Positions 35,646-48,585 of a DNA stretch of 64,000 nucleotides are shown here, in pieces. Numbering within the stretch: position 1 is the stretch's first letter; every line of letters begins with the position of its first letter. The notes below the pieces were generated by a model. That model was not told the DNA's origin, made no database searches, and saw only the letters and a program-made list of their open reading frames with translations. This stretch comes from Fistulifera solaris (Eukaryota): positions 372,001-436,000 of the forward strand of contig AP026144.1 in the NCBI GenBank assembly GCA_030295235.1, given 5' to 3'. The position numbers and the translations under genes were made by a program.

Positions 35646-37850
35646 CTAGTGTTGTGGAATAGGCAGAACCATCAGATCCCAAGCTGCAGCAACTTGAGTT
35701 TCATTCAGACCGGATGCCTTCATAGCTTGCATTTCGATTCTCATCATGATCGATAAGCTGTCTACGGAAACATCACCCTTGTAGCGAGCTGAAAAGTGAT
35801 TCAAAATGAGCCGTTTGCCGTTGACAGCTTTGCTAAAGGCTCCGGCAATCTGTGGAGTAGAATGTCCGTGTGCTATGGCGTCTCGGGTTACTTCTCGAAA
35901 AGAGGTGTCTTTGTCAACGCCTTGTAAGTAAGCATTTGTGGCTTCGTGGATAATGACGTCTGCGTTCAGTGCCAAACCTCGCAATGCACGACTATCCGCA
36001 GTATCACCGCAAATAACAACCTTTCGCCCTTGTCGCGGTGCTTCTACGGCGTCCTCATGCGTCACAACTGTACCGTCGGGAAAGGTAAACGCGCCCCCTG
36101 GAGGAAGGTTTTTGATAACAGCCATGGCTTTCATTGGCGCTCTAAAACCAGCCTTCTTGAGAGCAGCAATATTCCTTTTCACAATGGGCTCGACATATTC
36201 GTTCTTTAGTCGTCCTGGTCGGGATAACTCTTCAACTACGTATCCAACACACGGAATTCCGTGGCTCATTGGAGCGGCGAAAACCTTCACGTCCCCCTCA
36301 TCCTCTACCTCCCAAACCGGAGCACCGTCATAGGAGCGCGGATGATTATAGATCGGATAGATATTTCTCCCACCTTCTACTTCTGAGAAGAACGGAGAAG
36401 GTTCGAGGCTCATACGGTTGGCTTGTGAAATCCAACTGATCGGGTCTTCACCTGCCAAACCCTTCGTGCCCCACTGAGCCCCCCTGATTGGACACGCGGT
36501 ATTCATTATGAAAGTAACGGCGAAACCTAGGTCGCAGTTCCCATTCGGGTGCCATGGGAACATCCATTATCTCGTGCACTCGATAAGGTGGAACTATACG
36601 ACTAATGGAGTAGCGAATGGCAATACGAAGCCACATGCGCAACCCTTCCGGACCATATATTTCTACGGGAGGGCGATCGGTTTCGCGATCCCGATCTTGT
36701 CCCATCAGACAGAGCAAGCCAACGAGACCCAGTGTATGGTCTTTGTAACAAAACAAACAATGTTAGCAATCATTTTTCAACAAGAAATTTGTAGCTCTAG
36801 ATAATTACCTCCATGTGCGTGTGTAAGAAATATTTTTGTGATTTTGCTTGGTTTTATAGCGGAAGAGCGTTGTACTTGAAGCTGCGTTGAAAATCAGCAG
36901 GTGTGAGTCTATACTTGTCTTGACTTGCAAGACAAAAGGAGACGTTGGTAATGCATCGGAAAAGTTATAAAAAGATGATTATCAGCACAGACACAGAGAA
37001 CAAATGAGTGTATCAGACTGGTGCCAGCATCGGTGTTTCGTCACATGCAACAAAACGAAAGGTACAAATAGTATCAACCTACCTGAGTACATTCACCAAC
37101 ATCAAACAACCAAGTCCCAGCATAAAATGTGCTGGGCTGATCTCCATCGTTGGAAGCCCCAAACGCACCGCGCGGTCTCCAATTCAATCGTAAAGCGGTG
37201 CAAGAAACACCTCGGGTAACTCCCGGTGTACAACTCGCCGTTCCGACGAAAACGACGTCCATATCCGAGGATGCGATGCCGTTTCTGAAGATAGGGTGAT
37301 GCAACTGACGGATATCATCCGCCGGTGTGGTTGTAACCGGCTCTCGGGCATCACGAGTCATCGGATATCGCTCGTAGACTCTCTCAAAAATAGCGTCTTT
37401 CGGTGAGCCTGTAATTTTCATCAAAGACGGCAGTTCCGAAAGCAGCTGCGATGCAGCAAGAGACTCTATTTCATCGTTCTGTAGATCTGTCATCTCTGGC
37501 TCCATTGCAACCGTGCTGTTGGTGGGTAACGGATGTCTGGCTTGGTTATGATTGTCTTCCAAGTAAGCTATTAAGTCTTGTTTTTTCTTGAGGCTAGAAA
37601 GTACTCCACGTTCAGCTGAAGATTGTTTGACAAGTTCTCTTAACTCTTTGACTGTCAGTCCGCTCAACGCGGCCTGTAACCGTGAAGAGCTCTGGCTACG
37701 TCGGAAGTGATGTTGGCTCTGAAATGCATGAGTTATGTAGGGTGATAATAGAATCGCTAGACCTAGTTGCAAGGTAATTGCGACTCTCGATCGTTTTCCT
37801 CCGACGAGTTTGGTATGAGTGTCAAAACTTCGTCCTTCATCAGCGACCAT
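35646..37850 (-). CDS. Ribonuclease Z (short form, metallo-beta-lactamase fold) with an N-terminal SAP/Rho-N-like helix pair, probably plastid-targeted
   Basis: FVGTAS..P...RGVS and WLFDVGE. The motif THAHGDH is formed across intron 36808-36741. Also IYGP, CGDT, HEAT, GHST and LNHFSARY. First intron 37082-36882. Indel in the C run near 36480. Presequence THA-FQS. Confidence 0.92.
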
Positions 37851-38496
37851 AACAGACACGGCGGATGATTTGTCGAACAGATGATGATAGCAATGTCGAG
37901 AAACTCCTTTTCGCTCAAGACACTTCAAAATGGCGTTCTGATGAAGAATTGCTGTCTCTTTGCAAGTCTTTTATTTCGATCGGTAACACTGACAGCTAAA
38001 GTCAATAATCATAAGCATACAAGCAACAATCTTGGTTTGTTTTAATCAATGCAACGTGATTATTGTGAACACTCACAGCTGCAAATTCCACGGTCTACAG
38101 AAGTCCGTCGGCAGGTCATCCGTTACTGTAAAGGAAATTGTGAATTAATATGTCGCAACAGGATCTTCACCTGTGGTACATTTTTACTCTTTAATTAAAA
38201 CCGTTACTGAACTCGTTTTTGGACGAGGTTTTGGAAATTATTGGGCCGCCACTTTTTTTCGTCGGCTCACACGACAAAAACTCAAACGTGCGTTCCTTCA
38301 TCAATCGTATCAACATGCATGCGTCGTCATCGTCGCGTCTGTTTTTTCTTTCTTTGAAATCGTGCATCGGCACACGTCGGTCGGAGTACTACTCATGAAA
38401 CATCCCCCGTTATACTTGGAGGGGCCATCTATTTAACAAAAACAATTACAACAACTTAAAACGTGGTCTCAGTATTAAGTCGAAAAGTAGCGAGCC

Positions 38497-38949
38497 ATGA
38501 AAGACCAATCATCCTCGCGATGGACGAATACGACATTGATGCCGTTGCGTCTGCCGAATCATGACAATGATGAGTGGAAACAGAAATCCCTTCGATTAAC
38601 GTTCTCTCCTACATCTACAATGGTTGATTTTTCGAACCAAGTCTCGACCAACAGAATGGACGTTGTATCCAGGAATAGCGACCAACAATCGTTTCTCGGC
38701 ACCATTGCGTCTTCGTTATCGGATGACGAGGACGAAGAACTCGTTCCGATTGAGATTGAGTTTATGGCGATATCCAGGCAATCGTCAAACGATTCCGATT
38801 GCACTTGGCACGATATCCACCATGCGGGTGAAAAAGAGCTTTTAGGCTTGCAATTTGTCAATGAAGACGTTCTCGACGACTCTCACGAATCCATGTCGGT
38901 CCAGTCAGTCCGCTCAGTTACTCATAGTTACTCTCATGCGCATCGTTAG
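38497..38949 (+). CDS. Hypothetical acidic Ser-rich protein
   Basis: ATG-initiated 150-aa ORF filling an otherwise empty interval. No recognisable motif. Confidence 0.45.
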   Translation: MKDQSSSRWTNTTLMPLRLPNHDNDEWKQKSLRLTFSPTSTMVDFSNQVSTNRMDVVSRNSDQQSFLGTIASSLSDDEDEELVPIEIEFMAISRQSSNDSDCTWHDIHHAGEKELLGLQFVNEDVLDDSHESMSVQSVRSVTHSYSHAHR

Positions 38950-39106
38950 CACGACGATGAGCGACTACACTTCATCCGCCGCGCCATATTGATTCATGAT
39001 TTATTATCTGCGTACAGGTGTTCACCTCCTCTTTAGAGCATAAAGTAGAACTTAATTTGATACAAAGCGAGACAAAAAAACTACTTAAGTTTTCTACTAT
39101 TCTCGC

Positions 39107-40228
39107 TTAGATGCTTTTGAAGCCACACAACGTATAAAGAGCTTCAATGGTCAACAACTGAAGCGTCGCTTGAGGAGCGAATCGCGCCCAGATCGGAACG
39201 AAGCCCCTCCACAGAGACAAAACACCGTCGGCTTGTACTGTTTTAGTCAAGCAGTCTGAGAAGCCGTTATAAATCTTCTTATCCGTGGGCTGGTTCATGA
39301 GTTTGGTGCGAAGCATCTTAAAAAGAAAAAATATGAGCAACCCCGTTCGAATAGACTGCAATCGACGCTCACTAGCAACTTACATCCCAGGGCGCTACTG
39401 TGCAAGTCATAAAGAATCCCGCAATGAAGGCTGCAGCAAACGAAGTTCGAACTTCCTTTCTCGACCATCCAGTGTAGTCACAGACGTATCCCTTGGAAAT
39501 ATCGTAAACTCCCATTTTAGTGGCATTCAAAACGCAAGCACGCATGATATTGACCTCAACACCACGATAGAATCCGGCAATGCCCTGATCTCTGTACATG
39601 TTTCCTACCAATTCCGCGAGTCCGGCTTTTCCAGTGTTTGTTTGCGCCAATGTCTTGAGTACATCAAATGGCTTTTCAAGTCAATTCGTTTTTACGATGG
39701 CTAGTGAGACTCAATTGCAGGCTCTGTTAATAGAAAACTCTTCCCACTTACATTTCCGGCAACCGATCCCACGCCGCCCGTAATGGCCCCTGCCAAGAAC
39801 TTCATGTAAAGGGAGAATCCTTTCCGGCACCCAGAGCATCTCTGACTGGCGCGTAAGCTCCGAGTTTGATGCTAGTATAGCTCATTTCACGCTGTATGAA
39901 ATAACAAAGTAAGTTGCTTTAAGGGCGGTTTTCGCTTTCAAAGTCGCTCGCTATTTACTTACACCGTACGCAAATGCTAGCCCTTTCCAAAAGGCAGCAA
40001 TTCCTTCGTTTCGCATGACTCCCTTACATGTTTCGACGATGCCTAAGCCAGACGCTTGAATGCGAACTTTCACCAGTTCCAAGGGATGCTTTGAGCCGTA
40101 AAGCGTGAGTGAATGATGATGCTGAACCATAAAGGGCAATGACGACGTACCGTAAAGTTCACGGCAAACATGGCGGCACTTCCGCCCAGTGCCATCGACT
40201 GAAACAAACTAGGTTTAATATCCGACAT
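39107..40228 (-). CDS. Mitochondrial carrier (SLC25; oxoglutarate/malate or UCP-like), multi-exon
   Basis: Exon 1 [26 protein letters not shown]. Three PX[DE]XX[KR] motifs ([27 protein letters not shown]), plus [14 protein letters not shown] and [14 protein letters not shown]. Confidence 0.9.
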
Positions 40229-40800
40229 GCTGTAGCAAGAACAGCTTCTTCAACTATTGCTGCAACAATTCACCAGAGGGATGCTTGGTTCCTTTGGTCG
40301 ACAGAATGGATGTCTTTGAAGTAAGAGATTATTCTGTTTTGCAATTTGCAACGGCATGAAGCGAAAGCGAACAATGGACGAAGGACGCGAAAGGACTTCT
40401 CGTTGTTGCAGTTGAAGCCTCAAGCAACTTGCACAGTCCGCAGGAAAGTAACATCCCATCTGTCATAGAGACACCCAGGAGAAAAGAAACCGCTGCGACG
40501 TCGGTACGAGACTGAACCTTGGGTCTTGCATCGCTATGGTCAATCATCATTTTTGACATACTGAAGATGAATTGGTAGATGGTTTGGATAAAAGAATAAT
40601 CAACGACTTTGACTGATTTGAGGTATTTTGGATGGTTTTGTGAGATGAAGGATCAAGCGACAAAATGAGAGGTCACACCTCAGCGTTCTAACGAACAGGC
40701 AGTGTGGAATGAGTTCATTGCGTGGATACGATAATAATATAGTGCTCTCTATATTATCGCACCACTGTACGCTGGTCTTATTAGATTCGATCGATGCAAC

Positions 40801-43800
40801 CTAGACACTGGCACTATCCGATGGCGCGGAATAGTCATCATGATGATACTGCGAAGACGACTCATCCGCGTACTGCATTCCATTATCCTCGCTAGAGCTT
40901 TTCAAATCGTACAAGGAGGACCTTTTGAATCGTGAATCGACATTTTCTTTCGCAATACGATTGTCGAAGGCATCAAAGTCAGGTTGCGTCACGAGAGAAT
41001 TTGGTGACGAATCATCCTCGTCATGGTCATTGTCGATTAGCATCACGTCGGAGGTTTCCTCTCTAGAAGTTGTGGGAGTGTTGAGTAGCTGCAATCCGCT
41101 TCCACTATCCTTCGAGCCTTCACTTTTCAATGATCTCTGGCTGTTCTCCGAGTGTCCCATTTTATCCAAGCTTTCAGTCTTATCCGAGAATCCTCTTTCA
41201 TTATCAGACGTGCTTCCACTTTCCTTTTCTTCCGCGCTTCTGCTTTCCTTGTCCTCCGATACTTCACTTTTCTTTTTCTCTGAAATCTCATTCGCTTCCT
41301 CCTTCGTTCTGTTCTCGGCCAAAATATTAAGTCGATTTGGTTGGTCTCGATTTGCTTTCCACCGTAAATATATAGTACTAAGGCGCTCGATCAGCTCCTT
41401 CATTTCTTCGCGTAAGTTCGCAATGTCATCCAGGGTGAATTTAAACTCGGCCCCGCATGAAATCATTGCAATCTTCTCTTCCATGAGTTCTTTATACGAG
41501 AATGCACGGTTGCGTAATTGGAATACACCGGACGCATAACGACAAACAAAAACACCACAATCCCACGAGTTGTTCTGATAGGGCACTGTGAGAAAGACAT
41601 GAGTGAGTACAATAATGAATCAAAGAATCGAAATCGGTTAAGCTTACCTTTGGGTGTTAGGACTGGTAGCGACGATTTGTTGAAAGGCGCCTCAACAACA
41701 GCCGACTTTCTCAGTCGCATCCACTCTGCGTTCAACCATTTCGTCACGTTCCTGTGCACTCTATCTTTCTGGTGCATTTTTAGTGAATCGAAGAACAGAA
41801 GGCAAGGCATCGGGGCATCGTCACCAGATGAAGGAGCACTTTGATCAGCAGATGACAGAATGTAACCAGGGTTTACTACCACGCACAAAGACCAGTGAAG
41901 AGCTTTATTAACTAAGGATCCGGCAATCATGTGAGACGACGAAGCGAAAAGATCAAATTTCACGACGGCTTACTTACTAGGAATGAACACAAACCTCAGT
42001 TTGAACACGTCAATCTTCTTCTTTGTTGTCCAGTTCGACACTCCTTCCACTCCGTTATCTTCCAGAGTTGTATAGAAATGAGTGGTGAAAACGTGAAAAT
42101 CTGGCGAAGTATGCTTTCGTGTCATCCTTAAGCAGAAAGAGTTTGTCAGGATCAATTAGAAGTCTTAAGATGAACAGGTCGATGAACTTACCATTGGAGA
42201 AAGAAATCAATCAAGGTATCATTCAAATATACACCCGGATCTAGCCTTTCAAAATCCTCGACGCGGATTTCCACATGATGTCTTCGTCGAGTGTCCTCAC
42301 TTCCCTCCGCATTGCGGATGTCCGACGACGTACCTTGGTCACAATCTTCGATATCTACCTCATCCATCTCTGTATCCGTGCAGTTAGCGAACTGAAACTC
42401 GTTGAGGCCACGTGCAGTATCATCTATGAGACGTGGGTCGCCTCCAAAGGGAAAGCTAAGTAAAATTTCGTGGCTTGCTTTCCCGGCGAGGAAAACCAAC
42501 ACGTTTAGAAGACCCGATTTTCTTCTTTCGGCTAAGGGCTTCTTTCTTCGCGTCTGCAATAAGCGCGGTTGCGAACAAGTCAGATCGTCTTCGTGGTAAG
42601 CGGCTATCATTCGTGAAGTACGCTTTGAAATGCACATTTTCCTCAACCACTCGCAGAAAGGTGGCGATGTCAGCATCTGATCGAAATTCTGCCATGATAA
42701 GCCCTTTTTCGTCTGTTGAATTCCCAGGTACATATGAGCCAACACTGCTGAAACCGTTAGTCTTAGTTTTTTGTACCTTCAGCGCGATAAAGGATCCCGG
42801 TTCGGTAGCAGCATCGTCACTCGCTAAGCGCCCAGAATTGTCAACGCCATTATCAACATAATAGTAAACTTCATCCACTTCTCCTTTCGCGAAATCTATG
42901 TTGTGGACCTTTTCTTTCGAGCGGACCGAGTACGCACACGATAGAATACCATCATTGAAAATCTTTATCTGACAGGAATGGTGCTTCACGCTTGATCCGA
43001 CCGCTATTCTAGCAACGTCAAACCACACCAATAAATTCTTGAACAAGAAGGAAATTTGGTGAGATGAAGAGAATGTGAGATTTAACAACAAGAAATGCAA
43101 CTTACCTGTTCGTCGTCCGAACCATCGTCGACCATGTCCACAAAATCATTTTTCTTTCGTTTCGCGGAGTTTGAATCCGAAATGGAGCTTCTACGCGCAC
43201 TCGACCTAGTGTGATAAAGCGTGCGCGCTGTGTCTCTAATGCAATTGCTGCGTTTTTCCACTGCAACCGAGGTTGCAGACGACAAGTCATCGTCGAAAAG
43301 ATCATCCTTATAATTCTTGGTTGGTTTGTCTTTGGTCCGCAATTTCGCCGATGAGTCGCAGCTTTCCTTAGAAAGGTCGTCCCTATAAGGTTTGATCGAT
43401 TCCTGCGACGCGCGACTCTCGGTCCGCTTTTTACTGAAGTCCAAAAACCGGTCGCTGCTGGAACGTGCATTGTTCGTTCGCAACGAAGCGCCGGGGACGA
43501 TTGCCCTACCTGCATTCGCACTCTTTGCACTTTTCTTGCTTTTAAGCGAATTTGTTGGAACCTCAACTGTGCGACCGAGGGAAGATTTGCGTTTCGTACC
43601 CGCTGTTGCTGTCGGTGAAGTATACGTTTCCTTAATTTTCCTACCTTCGCTAGAAGAAGGTGCTTTTGATAACGTAAAGGCCGTAGAAGGCACATATGGT
43701 TTGTCGTTCTCGATAGCGTCTAATGTTTGCAGGATACTTTGCTCCTCTGCGCTCGCTTTGCGGGTATCTTTTCCTGTAGGTTGGTCCAAAGCCTTTGCTT

Positions 43801-44813
43801 TCTTTGTCGCTCTGAACGTATCACCACCACGCTTCGAATGAATGGCAGTGTTGTCTTCTGACTCCGTCTCGCCGTCTATGCACAAATCGATTGCAGTGGA
43901 ACTGCCACCTTTCTGCCTTTCCTTAGGTTTGCTATGTACAGATGTTTCGTTCGACGATGACAAGTCGATGGAACAGTACGCGTCCTTGGGTTTGAAGTCA
44001 TCGTTAAGCATCGTATTGGATTCTCTCTCCCTGAACACTCCTTTGCGGCCGAAAATGGGTTTCCTTGGAATTCGAGCAATCATGTCTGGCGAGGTCGCTT
44101 TGACTGGTTTGTCTAGTATCAACTTTAGTTGTGCCGGATATTTCTTCGTAACTTCCTGAACTTCATCGTCGGACTCTGTCTCAAAAAAATCATTTTTTTT
44201 CTTTCGTGAGCTCAGGGATGACGGTCTATATTCGCGACGACCAAATACTTCCTGCTGTTCGCGTAGTACAGAATCCAGAGGACCCTCCGTAATGTCCTTG
44301 GCTCTCTTCCGGTTGGATTCTTTTTGACGCGGCTCCGTTAACAGTTTTCGTGCTTTTTGGCTGATATCTCCTATTTTACTGTTGTACGATGCTTTCTTCA
44401 TTTTCACTTCTCCCAGAAAGCCCAAGCTATCGACTGCTTCGCTGAAGTTTGCTTTCTCCTCAAAATTGTTGAAGGAAAAATCCGTGACATCCACATGGCC
44501 GTTTCGTCTCAGCTTTCCCGTCCCTTGATGACCCCGTCCACTGGTTTTCGGGGGGCCTTCCGCGTAGTAATCGATAGTGGAGGCTGGACTATGTCGAGAG
44601 CGCTTCTTTCTGGATTTGAATTCGCTCATGATTGGCTCTCGTTTCGTGGTCGACAACCTATGTGCCTGTTCTCCTCTCCCGAATCAAATTGCACAAAACC
44701 TGCGCAGCTCTCGTGCACGTCCCGTCGCTTCTATTGTCCAAGTTTTGGAAGCGAGTACGAATCAGCTTTGATGTCACGATAGTTTAAACTCTTTTTTGTG
44801 CTTTTGATGACAT
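40801..44813 (-). CDS. Ulp1/SENP-family SUMO protease (C48), SENP6/7-like, with a long disordered N-terminus; multi-exon
   Basis: LDPGVYLNDTLIDFF, HVFTTHFY, NWTTKKKIDVF, LHWSL (His), FFDSL (Asp) and QNNSWDCGVF (Gln/Cys). Several GT-AG introns. 5' end approximate. Confidence 0.9.
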
Positions 44814-45709
44814 CGAGACGCTTTTGGTGGATTCGTTCTTTTATTCAAACGGGCAGGACACGATTGTGTTGCGTACGATGTCTTAGCCCACACTATGCCG
44901 CATAAAGTACAACGTTGGCGGGAAAAGTCAATCAAATCGCGAGAAGCAACTTTCATAGGTGGCGGTGAGACTAAGGTTGCATTCAATTGAACCTAAGTTG
45001 CAAAAGCAAGTTTGTATTTGAATTGATGTAGTTGTGTATGCTTAATCCAACCACTTGTGTTGTCGTTTTCTGCCCGCAAACAGATTAACTATTTTCGAAT
45101 GCCGCCCCTCCATCAATTCAGCGTCTATTATGGTTTGGGGAGCCGCTTGATAGTCCGATGCTTTTCACGAATAATAAGAGATAAGGGAAGGAAAAGCGAC
45201 CAATGGCACGGTGACACCGTAGGCGATTGATCACGCGGTTAATCGCATGTTTAGTCACCAGAGCCTTGAGCTATACAGGATGTCTGATCTGCTAGCTTTG
45301 CAAGCATGACGTTTCTTGATCGAATCATCACAACTGCTTCTAGCAAATTGTTTAAATGTGCGCTTCAGATCAAGTTCTTTATGTCTGATTTCAAAATGCG
45401 GATCGTTGCCACAACAAATTACTGTGGACCCAAGTGTAGACGACCTTTCGCCACGACTGATTTCAGTCATGAGTCATGTTGTTTTTTGGTGAGACAGCTA
45501 AGGTTTGCCTCATTCCCCTTTCTTCAGCAAGCTGCGTACGCTACATTTGAATTTACCTCCAGCTCCATTTGTATCAATGATTCTTTTTATAATCCTACAG
45601 TCAATTCCAAATTGCCACTCAAAAATTACTCCGTAAAGAGATGTGTTCGTTTCATGCAAAAGACTAACTATGTGCAAATTGAATTGACGACGGCGTCTAG
45701 TAATAAAAA

Positions 45710-47320
45710 CTAGCATTCAAAACAGCACGGGCAGATGACGGTTGACAGATTTCCTTTGCAATCGGACTTCATCTTTTCAAACTGCGGCCATATCGTCGTA
45801 CAAAGCGTTTCGTCTGCTGGACCCAAGGATCCCGTCAGCGCGGAGTTATTGTGCAAAAACAGCTTCTGCAAGTTGGTCCACTCGTATCCGAACGATTCAG
45901 GTATCTCACCACTTAATTGGTTGTTGTGTAAAAACAAGTGAGACAGAGAATTATTCCTGGGGGGATCAATCGCTGGCAGTGTACCCGTAAGTTCGTTAAA
46001 GTCGAGATATAGATAGACCAAGCTAGCGCTGCCAAAGTAGCTTCCAGGGATTTTGCCAGTGAGGGTGTTCCAATACACGTTGAAGTGCTCAAGCGCTGGT
46101 GGTATGGGATCCGGCAAGCGTCCACTGAAGTTCGAATTCACGGCTTCTAAATGCGTAAGTTCTGGTAATTCCGACAGCCACGAAGGGAGACTTCCTACCA
46201 AAAAATTGTTACTCAGTCGTATTTCGGTCAAATTCATTGCTGGGCTGGAGTTTGCGAATAGCTCAAAGGGTCCTTCGAGTAAGTTGTCGGACAAATCCAC
46301 AGTTTTTAGGGAGGGGATAGACCAAAGCGAAGGAGGAATGAGTCCTGTTATATTGTTTTTGGACAAATCGACATGGTATAAGCTTCGCATCTGGTCGAAA
46401 ACAGTGGTTGAGATCGTGCCAGTTATGTAGTTGTCCGTCAAATTGAGCCATTGAAGTTTAGAAAGATGACCCAACTCGCTGGGTAGGGTGCCAGTCAAGT
46501 TGTTGAAGGGCATGTGAAGAGTAATGACTGCTTCGTCATCTTCGCTGCAAGAGACTCCTGCCCACTGACACTCGGACGTGTCTCGAATCAGAAATGTCTC
46601 GTTATCGGAATCAAACCACTGGTCACCGTTTAACGAATAATAGAATAGGACCAGTACATATCGCTGTATTACCCAAAACGAACCTTCTCGGATCACGTCT
46701 TCACGGAGAAGATCTTGAAACAGCATCCACTGGCGGGCTTGGTAATAATGGGATGTTTGGTTGAGTGTCAAATTATCATAATCCGGTGTAACTGTTCGCA
46801 AAGTAGCATCTAACAGCGCGATGGTTTCCGGAGGAGGAACTGTATTCAAAGGATCCCCCGCCGGTGTTCGTAGAGAAGGTCGTGAAGTTGGAAAATTCAG
46901 CAAAGGACTCGTCGTGGGTATATTCGGCGAGGCCGCTATCGCTTCTGGCCCGCTCACCGCCGAAGGATCGTCCATGGGCGCGGTAGCAACAACCACTATT
47001 GCAATGATGACTCCTGTCACCAGAATACAGCCGACGAGAATCAAAACAAGATTCCTCTTCAAAAATCGCTCGCACGCTCGTTTCTTCGACGGTGCGCTTT
47101 GTGCTGTTTCCGGTATGATGGTACTTCCCGGCAGAATCGCTCCTACTGAGGACGGAGCTTCACTGCGCGGTCCATTCCGAACACTGTTAGCAACATTCGA
47201 TACTTCGGAAGGGGAGCGAGGGCCTCGGGTAGTGTTATTGGGGAGAACGAAGCCGGGCGCAATCGAACTGGTGTCGGATCGGTCTTCATGAATTGTTTTC
47301 AAAAATTGGTCTTGTTGCAT
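45710..47320 (-). CDS. Type II membrane leucine-rich repeat protein
   Basis: N-terminal TM segment, S/P/T linker, QRYVLVLFYYSLNG..W...ECQWAGVSC cap, about nine plant-type LRRs and a terminal CPCCFEC. Confidence 0.92.
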   Translation of the reverse strand: MQQDQFLKTIHEDRSDTSSIAPGFVLPNNTTRGPRSPSEVSNVANSVRNGPRSEAPSSVGAILPGSTIIPETAQSAPSKKRACERFLKRNLVLILVGCILVTGVIIAIVVVATAPMDDPSAVSGPEAIAASPNIPTTSPLLNFPTSRPSLRTPAGDPLNTVPPPETIALLDATLRTVTPDYDNLTLNQTSHYYQARQWMLFQDLLREDVIREGSFWVIQRYVLVLFYYSLNGDQWFDSDNETFLIRDTSECQWAGVSCSEDDEAVITLHMPFNNLTGTLPSELGHLSKLQWLNLTDNYITGTISTTVFDQMRSLYHVDLSKNNITGLIPPSLWSIPSLKTVDLSDNLLEGPFELFANSSPAMNLTEIRLSNNFLVGSLPSWLSELPELTHLEAVNSNFSGRLPDPIPPALEHFNVYWNTLTGKIPGSYFGSASLVYLYLDFNELTGTLPAIDPPRNNSLSHLFLHNNQLSGEIPESFGYEWTNLQKLFLHNNSALTGSLGPADETLCTTIWPQFEKMKSDCKGNLSTVICPCCFEC

Positions 47321-48099
47321 CGTCCGTGTTATCTAATCAATGTGATCATTCAGTAGTTGTGCAAATCTGAACGTCAACACGCTTATTGCCTGTCTGTTTT
47401 GAACGAAACGAAGACCAAACGGCTTCGATAATTTCCTTGTTTGTTATCGTGCCAGATTGCGTTTTTTGCGTTACAACTCACCACCACATCCATTTCGAAT
47501 TTTTTTTGCGATGCAGCGCGATTATGGGGAGGACGTGTGCGCTGGGACACAATCCTCTACAGTAACGTGGAGTCTATTTACCGCTTGGAGTACAGTATGT
47601 ATGACGTATCTCTCAACGGTTTCTTGCCGACGGTTTCGTTGCATGTGAAAAGACACGGTAAAAAAGGCAATCGAAAAAGATGCACGATCGCTGTGTAAAG
47701 TTGAGTGTGCCAGGGAACAGGACACCCGAAGGTACAAGTAAACTAGCTTCGTTCGTCGTCATCCTCAGTTCTCCGAAGTTCAATTCCACAAACTTCCGTC
47801 AGCATTGAATTCCGAAAAACTACCAGGGACATTCCAGCAAGCCGAGACTAACACAGAGTTCAATCGTGTCAAAGACGCACTGAAAGTATCCCCTCAGAAT
47901 ATCAGTTAGTCTTTCGAGGAAGTGAGACGGCTGTCGTAGCTAGAATCTGGAAAGAGAGAACAGACAGGGTTCTTGTTGGTTGAGAATGATCTCTAGGTTC
48001 TACGTTTAATGATGGAGGAGCGCCTGAATTCGGAGCATTCCTTTTACTATCCAAAAATGTATTCTATACAATAATTACATACAAAGACTCGGGAGCAAT

Positions 48100-48585
48100 T
48101 CATTCATTTGTTTCCGCGATTGATTCCGAGTGGAGATTGGCTAAATGAAACAAGCTTCGGACGACGACATGCAATGAAAGAACCGTGATGAATAGCACCA
48201 TGACAAGAAAAGCACCTTCCAAACAGCCTGCGGCACTCAGAACAAGAAGAAGGACAGAGACACAATCGGGAATGGTCTTTATATATTCGCCCTGGACCGT
48301 TTTGCGAAATAGTCGAGAAGCAATGATCCACAGGCCGATGCACCAATTGACCGTATATTGATGTAGATTCTCGGAATTATGCCCAACGTTAAACTGAATC
48401 ACCAGCAGCAGAGACAGTATCGTCCTGACAATAACACGGGCCATGGCACCTTTGTAAAAAGGCGCATCTACTCTGTGTGATTCGCAACCTTCGCTAGTAT
48501 CCTTCCTTAGAAACGGCTCATTTAACTGCTCTTGTATCATCTTATCCCCAACAAAAGAACTCGTGGAGAAATCTGAACTCCACAT
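48100..48585 (-). CDS. Hypothetical small multi-pass membrane protein
   Basis: 161-aa ORF with about four hydrophobic segments. Confidence 0.55.
   Translation of the reverse strand: MWSSDFSTSSFVGDKMIQEQLNEPFLRKDTSEGCESHRVDAPFYKGAMARVIVRTILSLLLVIQFNVGHNSENLHQYTVNWCIGLWIIASRLFRKTVQGEYIKTIPDCVSVLLLVLSAAGCLEGAFLVMVLFITVLSLHVVVRSLFHLANLHSESIAETNE

Noticed and set aside
2540..37850. Functional cluster of plastid-targeted nucleic-acid enzymes (helicase, Mfd, RNase Z)
   Set aside because: They are spread over 35 kb among unrelated genes, and plastid-targeted genes are common in diatom genomes.
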